Below, in pieces: positions 1 to 9,604 of a DNA stretch of 64,000 bases. The notes under the pieces are model-generated. The model did no database searches, was not told the DNA's origin, and worked only from the letters and a program-made list of their open reading frames with translations. This DNA is from an uncultured Solibacteraceae bacterium (GTDB lineage Bacteria; Acidobacteriota; Terriglobia; Bryobacterales; Bryobacteraceae). Every line of letters starts with the position of its first letter. Positions within the stretch are counted from its first letter, which is position 1. Position numbers and translations under genes: made by a program. The stretch covers positions 8,980 through 72,979 of the forward strand of contig CAYTJD010000067.1 in assembly GCA_964438005.1 (NCBI GenBank), given 5' to 3'.

Positions 1-513
1 GTTCATGTTGCTGACGTCTACCACCAGCGTGTCGCCCTCCCAGCGGCCTCGGGAATCGCCCATCCAGGAATCGATGTCCTTCGGATGCGAGCTGCCATCG
101 GTGTAGATCAGCCGGTAGTCCAGCGACCATTCGAACGCCATGCCGATGGCCTGGGGCGTCTGGAAGATCTGGAAGGGGAAATCCAGATACATGATGCGCG
201 GAACACCGGGGATGAAGCATTGGTTGAGCGGATCGGCTTTCTGCCGGTTCTGGGAATTCTGGGCCTTCTTCGCCGCCGCCCACGGCTGATACGGAATCGC
301 GCCGCCGGTGACTACCGAGAGGCCCGCCGGCATGTTGAACCGCGCGGCGTGATCCTCGAGGTCGGCGGCCGCTGTGCTCGTCGCCTGCCAGATGCCCTCC
401 AGGTTCGGCTTGCCGCCGGCCGCGCGCGGCACGGCCTGCGGAAAAGCCGGAAGGGCCAGGAACGTGACCGCCAGGGCAATCGCCGCGATTGCGGCGCGAG
501 AGTCAGCGCGCAT
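1..513 (-). CDS. Exported protein of unknown function, 'WEGDTLVV-motif' paralogue family. 5' part only; the gene runs off the left window edge.
   Basis: The minus-strand frame is open from position 1 up to the ATG (cat at 511-513). My translation is MRADSRAAIAAIALAVTFLALPAFPQ... (signal-like) ...GKPNLEGIWQ...QCFIPGVPR...GRWEGDTLVVDVSNMN. It aligns with the paralogues at 526-1344 and 44875-45675. It is absent from the ORF track because no stop lies in the window. Confidence 0.6.
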   Translation of the reverse strand, partial: MRADSRAAIAAIALAVTFLALPAFPQAVPRAAGGKPNLEGIWQATSTAAADLEDHAARFNMPAGLSVVTGGAIPYQPWAAAKKAQNSQNRQKADPLNQCFIPGVPRIMYLDFPFQIFQTPQAIGMAFEWSLDYRLIYTDGSSHPKDIDSWMGDSRGRWEGDTLVVDVSNMN

Positions 514-525
514 TTTGGTTCGGGA

Positions 526-1344
526 TCAGCGGCCCGTTTTGGCGCCCGGCTGATGGCCGGCGTCCTGCTCGCCTTCAAGGCAGTAGTGCTCGAACAAATC
601 CGTGTCCGGAAGCAGCCCCTCGACGAAGCTGACGGTAATGGGCTTCGTGAACGTTTTCGGATCGGTGACGGTAAGCGTGACTTCCAGGTGGCCGTAATCG
701 CGCCGGTGGAAGCGCTCCTCGACGCGCATCTCTTCGCTGTGGCCGTGGCCGCCCGCGTCCAGCCAGCTCTTGTCATTAAACCCGACCGTATCGACCACCA
801 GAGTGTCGCCTTCCCATTTGCCTACCGAATACCCCATCCAGGAGGGCGACGGATCCGTGAGTTGCTTGCGGCCATCGGTAAAGACCTGGCGGAATGTGGT
901 CTCCACTTCGTAGAGCATGATGAGTTCGCCGGGAGTCTGAATGATTTTAAACGGCTCGGGCAGCAGATCGGCGTGCGGCGTGCCATCGGGAAGGCAGTTC
1001 AACGTCGGGTTGAAGGCGCCGGGCTGCCGGTTCCGGCGCAGAATTTCGGCGCCGTACGGTGTCAGCGGTTCTTCGGTGGGTTTGAAGTCCGCCAGGATGC
1101 TGCGGAAGTACTTCGAGTTGGGCGATTCGCCAAGTCCGTACAGTCCGGGGCCGCGCGGCTCCGCCTCCGCCTGCCAGATCCCCGAAAGATCGGCTTTGCC
1201 GTTGATGCGGGGGGCCGGACCGGTCAGGTCGATCTTGCCATCGGGGGTGCGCGGCGCGCCGGCCATCGGCTGATTCACCCACTGCGCCTGGACGCCCAGG
1301 CAAGCGGCAGCGAACGAGAGTCCAATCGAGATACGAACGTGCAT
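526..1344 (-). CDS. Exported protein of unknown function, 'WEGDTLVV-motif' paralogue family
   Basis: 272-aa ORF with an N-terminal signal-like segment (MHVRISIGLSFAAACLGVQA). Shared family motifs: GKADLSGIWQ, NCLPDGTP, GKWEGDTLVVDTVGFNDKSWLD. It sits 12 nt upstream of the next paralogue on the same strand. Confidence 0.7.
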   Translation of the reverse strand: MHVRISIGLSFAAACLGVQAQWVNQPMAGAPRTPDGKIDLTGPAPRINGKADLSGIWQAEAEPRGPGLYGLGESPNSKYFRSILADFKPTEEPLTPYGAEILRRNRQPGAFNPTLNCLPDGTPHADLLPEPFKIIQTPGELIMLYEVETTFRQVFTDGRKQLTDPSPSWMGYSVGKWEGDTLVVDTVGFNDKSWLDAGGHGHSEEMRVEERFHRRDYGHLEVTLTVTDPKTFTKPITVSFVEGLLPDTDLFEHYCLEGEQDAGHQPGAKTGR

Positions 1345-1511
1345 GGTCTTTATTAGACTATCAAAGACAGGCTGACACTACCCGTGCCGAACCCACCTAA
1401 ATTTTCAGGCATCTCCGTCTCGGAGCTTCCCGCTGGACCGCGGCCCATCGAACCAGCCCCAACGTCGATTGCCGCCTTCCTGGGCGCGGCTGCGCGCGGT
1501 CGCGCCGCTCA

Positions 1512-2279
1512 GTGCTGATCTGCCCGGTCCGCGCTTGCCGCCTGCCCCTCGCGCACGAGGAGCGGCGGGTGGTTTGCGGGCGCGGCCATTCCTTCGACAT
1601 CGCCCGGAGCGGTTACATCAACCTGCTGCAGCCGCAAGACCGGCGATCGCGGCAGCCGGGAGACACCGCCGCGGCGGTCGCCGGGCGGCGGCGTTTGCAT
1701 GATCGCGGTGTGACCATGCCGCTGCTCGAAACTGTCGCGCAGTTGACCGATGCCTCCTCGGCCGATTCAGTTCTCGATGTCGGCTGCGGCAACGGAGACA
1801 TGCTCGGCACGCTGGCCGCTACCGCGCACTGTGAGGCGTGCGGCCTGGACATTTCGGTGGCGGCCGCGGATGCCGCGGCCCGGCGCTATCCGAACTGCCA
1901 GTGGATCGTCGCCAATGCCGACAGTTTTATTCCTTACCAAGACGGGTGCTTCTCGATCCTGTTATCGATCACGGCGCGCATGAATCCAGCCGAATTCCGG
2001 CGGGTCCTCCGCGAAGACGGGCGGCTCCTCGTAGCGATTCCCGCTCCCGCCGACCTGGTGGAATTGCGCGGCGCAGGCCGCGACCGCGTGGAACGAACCG
2101 TCCAGACGTTCGCGCCGGGTTTCCAGTTGCTGGAACATCGCCGCGAGAAAACGGAGGCCGATCTGGATCGGACCGCGATTGAAGACGTGCTGCATTCCAT
2201 TTACCGGCCGGCCCAGCCCCGATCCGAGGTCCTACGAGTGACATTTAGCCTGGATTTTCTATTATTTCGGCCGGCCTAA
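1512..2279 (+). CDS. rlmA: RlmA-type 23S rRNA (guanine-N1) SAM-dependent methyltransferase
   Basis: GTG start. N-terminal Cys/His zinc-ribbon-like segment (CPVRAC...CGRGHSFDIARSGYINLL) and a SAM-binding motif (VLDVGCGNG). Length and layout are typical of RlmA/RrmA. Confidence 0.7.
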   Translation: MLICPVRACRLPLAHEERRVVCGRGHSFDIARSGYINLLQPQDRRSRQPGDTAAAVAGRRRLHDRGVTMPLLETVAQLTDASSADSVLDVGCGNGDMLGTLAATAHCEACGLDISVAAADAAARRYPNCQWIVANADSFIPYQDGCFSILLSITARMNPAEFRRVLREDGRLLVAIPAPADLVELRGAGRDRVERTVQTFAPGFQLLEHRREKTEADLDRTAIEDVLHSIYRPAQPRSEVLRVTFSLDFLLFRPA

Positions 2280-2326
2280 AGAATCCCCCTTAACCTGATC
2301 GGGTTTATGTAGTATGCTGGGGTCTG

Positions 2327-3073
2327 ATGCCGTTTCTGGTCGGGTTTGTCATCGCACTGGCAGTCGGGTTGACGGGAGTCGGGGCCGGTTCCATCACTGC
2401 GCCCATACTGATTCTCTTTTTTGGAATCACTCCCGCGCAAAGCGTCGGCACTTCCTTAATCTACGGCGCGATCATCAAGCTGGTCGTCGCGCCGATGTAT
2501 CTGCTGCGCAAGCAAGTGAACCGGCGAATCATGACACTTCTCTGCGCGGGCGGTTTGCCCGGTGTGGTTTTGGGCGTATATCTGATCGGGGCGCTGAACG
2601 CACTGCACTACGAGCGCGTCTTATTTGTGCTGCTGGGGACGACCATCGCCGCCACCGCGCTCTACAGCTTCTACCGAACTCTGCAAAAGGGGAAGGCGTC
2701 GGCAGGGGTGGACCGGCATGGCTGGCTTCCTGCGATTGCTGCCGCAATCGGTACGGAAGTGGGATTCTCCTCGGCGGGCGCGGGCGCTCTCGGATCGCTG
2801 GCACTGCTCAATCTGACCTCGTTGAATCCGGCAGAAGTGGTCGGCACCGACATGCTTTTCGGCCTGGTCGTCTCCCTGGCGGGCGGCGGATTCAACTTGA
2901 CGGCAGGGCATTATGACGCGACCCTGTTGTGGAAATTGACGGCCGGCGGAATTTTTGGAGTCCTGCTGGGCGCCAACCTCACCTCCGTGCTTCCGGCCCG
3001 CCCGTTGCGGGTAGGCCTGGCGGTGTGGCTGTCCTTGATCGGCGCGCAGCTGGCCTGGAAAGGTTTGTTCTAA
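2327..3073 (+). CDS. TauE/SafE (TSUP) family anion exporter membrane protein
   Basis: 248 aa, hydrophobic throughout. N-terminus is typical of the family (VGLTGVGAGSITAPILILFFGI...). Confidence 0.75.
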   Translation: MPFLVGFVIALAVGLTGVGAGSITAPILILFFGITPAQSVGTSLIYGAIIKLVVAPMYLLRKQVNRRIMTLLCAGGLPGVVLGVYLIGALNALHYERVLFVLLGTTIAATALYSFYRTLQKGKASAGVDRHGWLPAIAAAIGTEVGFSSAGAGALGSLALLNLTSLNPAEVVGTDMLFGLVVSLAGGGFNLTAGHYDATLLWKLTAGGIFGVLLGANLTSVLPARPLRVGLAVWLSLIGAQLAWKGLF

Positions 3074-4708
3074 CTAACCGAGGACGCGCCGCAGAGTCCG
3101 GCTCAATCCGGGCAGCGACCACGGTTTGGGAATGATTTCGTCAAAACCATAGCGGCGAAACTCCGCCATGACCGGGGCATCGGAATAGCCGCTGGAGACG
3201 ATCAGCTTCACCGTACTGTCGAGTTCGCGGAGACGAGCAGCGGCGGCAACGCCTCCCATCCCGCCGGGAATCGTGAGGTCGAGCAGTACGGCATGAAACG
3301 GCCGGTCCGCCTTCTTCGCTTCCTCAAACAATGCCAGCGCCTCGGCTCCGTCCCGGGCGCAAGTGACTTCGTATCCCAACCGCTCGAGCATCTGAGCCAA
3401 TAATTGGCGGAGCGTGTCGTTGTCATCCATGGCCAGAATCCGGCCCGAACCCGTGCAGACGGTTTCGTCCGGCTCCTTCTGCTCCATCACTACGCCCGGC
3501 GCGGCGGGGAGATCCACCGTAAACTCAGTCTTGATTTTCGGGGCCGACTCCACCGTGATATAGCCGTCATGGCGCGAGATGATGGCGTAGGCTGTAGCCA
3601 GGCCGAGACCGCTGCCTGCCCTCTTAGTGGTGAAATACGGATCGAAGATTCTAGAAAGGATTTTGGGAGGGATACCAGGCCCGTCATCCTGGATAGAGAT
3701 CCGAATGTAGTTCCCGGCTTTGCGAGTGCCGGAACTCCCGCCGAGGACGATGTTTTCCGCGCAAATCCCGACATGTCCACCCTCGGCGACGGCTTCGCGC
3801 GCATTGAGGAGGATGTTGTGCAGCGCCTGATGGATCTGTTCCGGGTCGGCGTCGGCCGGCCAAAGATCCTCGTCCACACGAAGAGTAAACTCGGCCGGCG
3901 AACCCGCTCTTACCAGATCGACCGCGGCTTTTAGAATGGCAGCGACGGACACCACTCGCCGCACTGGCGCCCCGCCTTTGGCAAACGCCAGCAACTGGTT
4001 GGAGAGCGACGCCGCCCGCTGGCACGCGTCGCTGGCCTGCTCGAGAATCCCGTGGGCCGAATTGCTGGCGGGAAGGTGGATTTTCGCGAGGGCGATGTTG
4101 CCTTGCACGACCGTCAGAAAGTTATTGAAGTCGTGCGCAATCCCGCCGGCCAGTTGCCCGAGCGATTCGAGCTGGCGCGCGCGCCACAATTCGTCTTCCA
4201 CCTGCCGGCGATGATCGATTTCGGTGCGCAGAAGGTTGTTCGCCTGCTCCAGTTCGCGCGTTCGTTCGGCGACGCGCGCGGCCAGCTCATCGTGCGCCTT
4301 TAAGAGCGCCTTCTTGGCTTCGGTCAGCTCGTGTTCGGCGCGCACGCGGCGGGTGACGTCCAAGGCGTGGCCGAGCACGAGAGGCGGCAGGCCGGGGCGG
4401 TCGTACCGGGTGTTCCGGTAAAACCAGACTCGCTCGGTCCCGTCCTTCGCTAACAGGCGCATCAGGCCGCTCACGATCCGATGGGCCTCAATGCGGCGGA
4501 GGTAATCGTCGAACAGGTGACGGACGGACGGCGCCAGAAACTCCCGGAGGTTCCGCCCCACTCCTTCTTCCGAGCCATAGCCGAGCGAATGCCCGACGGC
4601 CGGATTGATCGACAACAAAGTACCCATCATGTCGTGGACGCACAAAAGACCTAAGCTGTTTTCCACCTGCAGGCGGTAGAGGTCGACGTGCTGCTGCGCG
4701 AGATGCAT
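3074..4708 (-). CDS. Soluble PAS sensor hybrid histidine kinase with C-terminal receiver domain
   Basis: PAS-like N-terminus, then a coiled-coil linker. H-box [17 protein letters not shown], HATPase G-boxes (DDGPGIP, GSGLGLA), and a receiver domain (ILAMDDND...[12 protein letters not shown]...KLIVSSGY). No TM segment. Confidence 0.85.
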   Translation of the reverse strand: MHLAQQHVDLYRLQVENSLGLLCVHDMMGTLLSINPAVGHSLGYGSEEGVGRNLREFLAPSVRHLFDDYLRRIEAHRIVSGLMRLLAKDGTERVWFYRNTRYDRPGLPPLVLGHALDVTRRVRAEHELTEAKKALLKAHDELAARVAERTRELEQANNLLRTEIDHRRQVEDELWRARQLESLGQLAGGIAHDFNNFLTVVQGNIALAKIHLPASNSAHGILEQASDACQRAASLSNQLLAFAKGGAPVRRVVSVAAILKAAVDLVRAGSPAEFTLRVDEDLWPADADPEQIHQALHNILLNAREAVAEGGHVGICAENIVLGGSSGTRKAGNYIRISIQDDGPGIPPKILSRIFDPYFTTKRAGSGLGLATAYAIISRHDGYITVESAPKIKTEFTVDLPAAPGVVMEQKEPDETVCTGSGRILAMDDNDTLRQLLAQMLERLGYEVTCARDGAEALALFEEAKKADRPFHAVLLDLTIPGGMGGVAAAARLRELDSTVKLIVSSGYSDAPVMAEFRRYGFDEIIPKPWSLPGLSRTLRRVLG

Positions 4709-4835
4709 GGGCGCCGCTTCCCGGTGAGGGCGGACGGACGATTGTGGCTTTATGTAAGTGACGTCTTTCTTCTTACCACAGCCGCGGCGCGGCTACATTC
4801 AGGGGAATACCTTTTCTCAGGAGGGTGCGGGGGAC

Positions 4836-5045
4836 CTACTTCATCGTGAAGTAATTCGGCTGGGGGGGTGCGGCGGGCGCGGCCTCGGGCGAGAGTGGAG
4901 GAGGCACGGCTCTTGCGGCTTGCGCCGCTCGGAAGATGGTTCGCGTCAAGCGTTCGGCTTTGCGGACGCTGATCAGCTCAAATCCCAAGTAAAGACCCAG
5001 AACGATCGCGAAGAAACAATAGCAGAAACAGAGAAAGAAGAGCAT
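4836..5045 (-). CDS. Possible small single-pass membrane protein (69 aa)
   Basis: ORF MLFFLCFCYCFFAIVLGLYLGFELI... has one hydrophobic helix followed by a Pro/Ala-rich tail. It lies on the same strand between the M20 peptidase and the hybrid kinase. No clear Shine-Dalgarno site and no homology recognised. Confidence 0.3.
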   Translation of the reverse strand: MLFFLCFCYCFFAIVLGLYLGFELISVRKAERLTRTIFRAAQAARAVPPPLSPEAAPAAPPQPNYFTMK

Positions 5046-5194
5046 AGGTTAGACCGCTCTCAGAATGCCCGAAAACGGCCCCTCCGCCAAGCCCGCAATG
5101 GTTACAGGACAAAGCGCGCCGGCGAGAAACTCCACGCGTCTGCCTAATGTTAGCGAATGGAGTTACCGAAGGTCGTACCGGCCGAGGCCAGGTG

Positions 5195-6439
5195 TTACCG
5201 CGCCAGGGTCACGGCCAGCAGCAGTCCGCGCTGCGTACCCAGCCAGGAGTCCTTCGTGTTGAAAGTCTCATTGAGCGAGTGGGCGCCTGATCCGGCTCCG
5301 CCGCTGCCGATCGTGACGGCCGGAATCCCGAGGCTCATCGGCACATTGGAATCGGTGGAGCCTTCGCGCAACGCGCCCGGGGCGCCGAAGAGTTTGGTAA
5401 CGGCGATCGCGGCCAGGACGATAGGCGAATCCGCAGGGGTGATGCCGGCCGGGCGGTAGCCGACGAGGGCATTGTCCACGGAGACGGGACTGCGCCCGTT
5501 CCAGCGCTGGTTCTCTTCCTCCACGGCCTGCTGGACCGCCGCTCTGTATTTGCCATGGACCGTTTCGAGAGAGTCTTTATCGGAAGAGCGCATGTCCACT
5601 TCCATCCAACACTCGAACGGAATGGCGTTGACGGAGGTGCCGCCGCCGACGCGGCCCACATTGAATGTGGTTTTGGGATTGGAAGGGACTTCGAAGCTGT
5701 CGATCTTAGAGATGGCGCGGCCCATCGCCTGAATCGGATTGGCCATGCCGAAGGCCCCGAAGCTGTGGCCGCCCGGACCTTTGAACGTGGCGCGATACCG
5801 GTAGCTGCCGACGCCGACGTTGGTGATGCCGAGCCCGGTGCCGTCGACGGAAACAAACTTGTCAATCTGGCCTTTGAGCGCTTCATTGAAGAGATTCTTG
5901 GTGCCGCGCAGATCGCCCAGGCCTTCCTCTCCGGTATCGGCAACAAACGTGATGGTTCCCGGCGTTTGCACCTTGGCATCGTTCAACGCCTGAATGACGC
6001 CGAGCATCATCGCCAGCCCGCGGCAATCGTCGCCGATGCCCGGCCCTTTGAGCACGTCTCCCTCGCGCGTGACTTTCACATTTGTTTCGGGCGGGAAGAC
6101 TGTGTCGAGGTGGGCTTGGAACAGGAGGTTCGGATGTACCGCCGCGCCGGGACGAACGGCGATCACGTTCCCCGCCTTGTCGATCCGCACATTCTGCAGG
6201 CCCATCTGCCGGAACAGGCGTTCCAGTTCCCGGGCGCGCGCGTCTTCGTGGAACGGCGGCGCGGGGATCTCGCAAATGCGGATCTGCTCGTCGAGGAAAT
6301 GAGGCTCGTTGCGCCTGGCGGCTTCGAGCGCCGCCTTCACGGCCGGGTCCTGGACGAGGCGCGCAGGCTCCTGCGCGGAGTTGATCCCGGCCAAAAGCGT
6401 GACGAACGCGAGGGCACAAACAAGACGAAAGATGTACAT
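5195..6439 (-). CDS. Secreted M20-family metallopeptidase (peptidase T / ArgE/DapE-like)
   Basis: Metal-ligand regions AHLDTVFP, GIGDDCRG, ADTGEEGLGDLRG and GGHSFG. I prefer the internal ATG at 6439 (MYIFRLVCALAFVTLLAGINSAQ, a signal peptide) over the ORF-track start at 6535, which would overlap the upstream gene. Confidence 0.8.
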   Translation of the reverse strand: MYIFRLVCALAFVTLLAGINSAQEPARLVQDPAVKAALEAARRNEPHFLDEQIRICEIPAPPFHEDARARELERLFRQMGLQNVRIDKAGNVIAVRPGAAVHPNLLFQAHLDTVFPPETNVKVTREGDVLKGPGIGDDCRGLAMMLGVIQALNDAKVQTPGTITFVADTGEEGLGDLRGTKNLFNEALKGQIDKFVSVDGTGLGITNVGVGSYRYRATFKGPGGHSFGAFGMANPIQAMGRAISKIDSFEVPSNPKTTFNVGRVGGGTSVNAIPFECWMEVDMRSSDKDSLETVHGKYRAAVQQAVEEENQRWNGRSPVSVDNALVGYRPAGITPADSPIVLAAIAVTKLFGAPGALREGSTDSNVPMSLGIPAVTIGSGGAGSGAHSLNETFNTKDSWLGTQRGLLLAVTLAR

Positions 6440-6512
6440 CCTGAGGCTATGATAGCGGAACGCGGTTTGCGCAAAGTCGAGATCGCAACGCCACCCCAGC
6501 CTCGAAAGTGAA

Positions 6513-7037
6513 CTATTTCCCGAGATACGCCGCAAAGAGTTTGTCGAATCGATCGAGCTGGTCCAACAGTTCGTTCACCCTGGCCTGCGTGTCGCGCACC
6601 TGATTCCCGGCCTCGATCTGCTCCATCTGACACTCTTGTTCCTGGCCGGTCAGCGCTTCCAATTCGGATTTCAGTTGCACGAGAGAAGTTGCCGCGGCCT
6701 TCCGGGCATCCGGGTTCGCAGCGTCGAGCTCGCGTGCCTCCGCCTCCTGGATTCTCGCCGTAATCGACTTTTGCTGGTGTTGTGTATGCGCGCACTGGTA
6801 GCGAGCCTGTTCCAGCCGTTGCTTCCCCTGGTCGAGTTGCACCGATTCGGTCTGCAGCCGATACATGGCGATCTGCACTCGCTGGATCATGGCCGCGGTG
6901 GCTTGCAAGTCCTGCCGCAACTGGCGGACCTCGCCGAGCAGGGCCTTGGCGACCACGACATCCGATGTGTCGCTTTGAGCGAAAGCAGCAGGCATGGTGA
7001 GAAGCAGCGTCAGACCCCAGATTGGCTTACGTGGCAT
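6513..7037 (-). CDS. Secreted Gln/Glu-rich coiled-coil protein, unknown function
   Basis: Signal peptide MPRKPIWGLTLLLTMPAAFAQS, followed by about 150 aa of heptad-like Q/E/L/R-rich sequence. It lies upstream of the peptidase on the same strand. Confidence 0.55.
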   Translation of the reverse strand: MPRKPIWGLTLLLTMPAAFAQSDTSDVVVAKALLGEVRQLRQDLQATAAMIQRVQIAMYRLQTESVQLDQGKQRLEQARYQCAHTQHQQKSITARIQEAEARELDAANPDARKAAATSLVQLKSELEALTGQEQECQMEQIEAGNQVRDTQARVNELLDQLDRFDKLFAAYLGK

Positions 7038-7224
7038 CGCACGTCCTCCGCGAGAGTAGACGCCGTGGGGGTGGACGTTGTTCCCGGCTTGAACGAGGCC
7101 TTAACTCCTTCGGCTCTCAGAAGTTTTGGGTCTTTCAGGGTGGCATTGCATCTGAGGTCTTGGGGAGCCGTGAAAAGGCTCGTTGATTTCATCTCCTGGA
7201 GCGCCGGACTTCCGCAATTGTGAA

Positions 7225-8958
7225 ATGGGTCCAGATTCTCGACAAGTATCGATACCGGCCGGCAGTGAGCAGCGACGATTCCTCGATCTCGCCCGGCGTG
7301 TGTCGGAAACCATCGGCAGCGAATTCTTTTCCGTCCTGGTGGACCAACTGCGCGGGGTGCTGAGCGCGGAATGCGTGTATATCGGCGAATTCGTATTTCG
7401 TGGAACCGAGCATGTTCGGCTGCTGGCGGCCAGCGCGGTAGGCGCGCACGCCGCAGCGTCCGAATTCCCGCTGGCAGGCAGTCCCGATGCGGAAGTGGCA
7501 GCAGGCGATTCATCCTTGTATGGGAGGGGGGTGCAAGAGGCATTCCCCGAGGACCGGCGGTTACGGGAACAAGAGGCGGAGGCGTTTGTAGGTATCCCTT
7601 TGCATAGCCCGGAAGGGCAGGTGAGCGGGCTGATCGCAGCAATCTACCGCCAGCCTCTTGGCCTCGAGATCCAATTCGTACAGTCGATGCTGACTATGTT
7701 CGCGCCAAGGGTGTCGGCGGAGCTCAACCGGAAACGGGCGGCGGATATACTGCGCGAAAGCGAAGAACGGTATCGCGTCTTTGTGGAATCGAGCCCCGAT
7801 GCGTGCTGCCGTATCGAGTTTGACGAACCCGTCGACATCGGACTACCCGAGGAAGACCAATTTACAAGGATTCTGAGATACGGCCGCGTGGTGGAGTGCA
7901 ACCAAGCGTTCGTGGAGAGGCTGGGGCTGGAACGAGATGCTCTGATCGGCGCAAAAGTCTCGACGGTTGTCCCGGATATCCAAGCGGTGCACAGTTCGGT
8001 GTTGTCGATGATTCGTTCGGGGTATCGTCACATCACGGTGGAGGTTGCGCCGGTTGATCGAAAGGGAAATCGCCAACATTTCTTGAACAGCTATTGGGGC
8101 ATCGTAGAGCAGGGCAAGCTGCAACGAATCTGGAGCTCAAGCCGGGATGTCACAGAGGTAAGATCCCTCGAGGCCCAGTTTCGGCACCTGCAGAAACTGG
8201 AGTGTGTCGGACAGCTTGCCGGCGGCGTGGCTCATGATTTTAACAACGTCCTGAATGTCATACACGGATATAGCTCGCAATTGCTGGAGCTTACCGACAG
8301 TGAAGACCCGGCGTATACGGGGCTCCTCGAAATCCAGAAAGCGGTTGAAACGGGAGCGGCTCTGACGGGCCGGCTGCTAACCTTCAGCCGCAAACAGAAT
8401 GTTCAGCTGAAACTGTTAGACCTGAACCGTATCGTGGCAGACCACGAGCGGATGCTGCAGCGGCTACTCGGCGAAAAAATCGAGCTGGTCACAGAGTTGA
8501 ACCCTTCGATCGGGTTGGTGCGGACTGATGCCGCTTACATGCATCAGGTGCTTCTCAACCTGGCCCTGAACGCGCGGGACGCGATGCCGAACGGAGGGGA
8601 ACTGATCATCTCCGTGTCCAACGTGGAAATCGGTGAGAGCCGGCCCCAGCGACAAGCAGCCGTCTCGCCGGGTTCCTACGTACGACTGAGCGTAACCGAC
8701 GATGGAATGGGTATGAGCGCCGAGGTGCAGGAACACCTGTTCGAGCCGTTTTTCACCACCAAGGAACCGAATCAAGGAACCGGGCTCGGGCTTTCCACCG
8801 TCTACGGAATCGTCCGCCAGTGCGGCGGCTACATCACTGTGGAAACACAGCCCAATGAGGGCGCGACATTTGAAATCTTCCTTCCCAGGGAGTCTCCGCC
8901 GCCGACCGGCGAGCCCACCAAACCCGAGACGCATCACGGGTCCCCTAATGACGGGTAA
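7225..8958 (+). CDS. Soluble GAF-PAS sensor histidine kinase
   Basis: GAF-like N-terminal region and a PAS region (ESEERYRVFVESSPDA...). H-box GGVAHDFNNVLNVIHGY and HATPase motifs (NLALNARDAM, DDGMGM, GTGLGLS). ATG at 7225 is preferred; an in-frame TTG at 7183 is also possible. Confidence 0.8.
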   Translation: MGPDSRQVSIPAGSEQRRFLDLARRVSETIGSEFFSVLVDQLRGVLSAECVYIGEFVFRGTEHVRLLAASAVGAHAAASEFPLAGSPDAEVAAGDSSLYGRGVQEAFPEDRRLREQEAEAFVGIPLHSPEGQVSGLIAAIYRQPLGLEIQFVQSMLTMFAPRVSAELNRKRAADILRESEERYRVFVESSPDACCRIEFDEPVDIGLPEEDQFTRILRYGRVVECNQAFVERLGLERDALIGAKVSTVVPDIQAVHSSVLSMIRSGYRHITVEVAPVDRKGNRQHFLNSYWGIVEQGKLQRIWSSSRDVTEVRSLEAQFRHLQKLECVGQLAGGVAHDFNNVLNVIHGYSSQLLELTDSEDPAYTGLLEIQKAVETGAALTGRLLTFSRKQNVQLKLLDLNRIVADHERMLQRLLGEKIELVTELNPSIGLVRTDAAYMHQVLLNLALNARDAMPNGGELIISVSNVEIGESRPQRQAAVSPGSYVRLSVTDDGMGMSAEVQEHLFEPFFTTKEPNQGTGLGLSTVYGIVRQCGGYITVETQPNEGATFEIFLPRESPPPTGEPTKPETHHGSPNDG

Positions 8959-8972
8959 ACCGACGACGGAAC

Positions 8973-9599
8973 TTAAAGCGACTGCAGGTCAAACCGGGTC
9001 ACAGAATCCAGGATCGTCTGAACAGCGAATTCGTCGCCCATGCCGGAGTTCACCATGAGATGGAAAAAGTGTCGAGCGGGCCACTCAATGTCGAAGTACC
9101 GCTTGATATAGGCCGCCCGATCGCGGTCAACAGTCTCGGCGAGTTCGGTGGCCTCTTTCTCGCTCCGGCCGTCTTTTCGTAACCTCCGCACCTTCTCCTC
9201 AAAGGGAGCATAGACGAAAACATGAAACACGTCCGCACGATCGCGCAGAAAGTAGGCCGAGCCGCGGCCCACAATGACGGAGTTGCCGGCCTTCGCCGCC
9301 ATCGTCACCACTTGATCGGCGACTTGCCGGATGCAGTCTGCGTCCACCATCCTCAGGCGCGGGGCGTTGAGTGTGCCTTCAAAGCTGCCTCGCAGGAATG
9401 CCTTGAACAGACGATAGTACAGCGGGTCTTTCCGCTCCGCGCGCTCTTCAACGGCCCGGCTATCGCAATCCATGCGGCGGGCGATTTCGTCGGTCAGCGT
9501 CTGATCCCACAATTGCCAGTCAAGGCGCTCCGCCAGGTGTCTGGCGATATCGGAGCCGCCGCTTCCAAATTCGCGCTCAATGGTAATCACTCTGATCAT
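8973..9599 (-). CDS. Cytidylate-kinase-like family protein (degenerate P-loop)
   Basis: N-terminus ITIEREFGSGGSDIARHLAERL matches the 'cytidylate kinase-like 2' pattern as I recall it. The P-loop lysine is absent. It starts 5 nt downstream of the emrB-like gene. Confidence 0.7.
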   Translation of the reverse strand: MIRVITIEREFGSGGSDIARHLAERLDWQLWDQTLTDEIARRMDCDSRAVEERAERKDPLYYRLFKAFLRGSFEGTLNAPRLRMVDADCIRQVADQVVTMAAKAGNSVIVGRGSAYFLRDRADVFHVFVYAPFEEKVRRLRKDGRSEKEATELAETVDRDRAAYIKRYFDIEWPARHFFHLMVNSGMGDEFAVQTILDSVTRFDLQSL

Positions 9600-9604
9600 G
9601 CCGG

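Noticed and set aside
85-1356. 423-aa plus-strand ORF spanning two minus-strand genes
   Set aside because: It is antisense to two well-supported paralogous genes. The translation is Arg/Gly/Ala-rich with no domain features. Such ORFs are typical artefacts of high-GC DNA.
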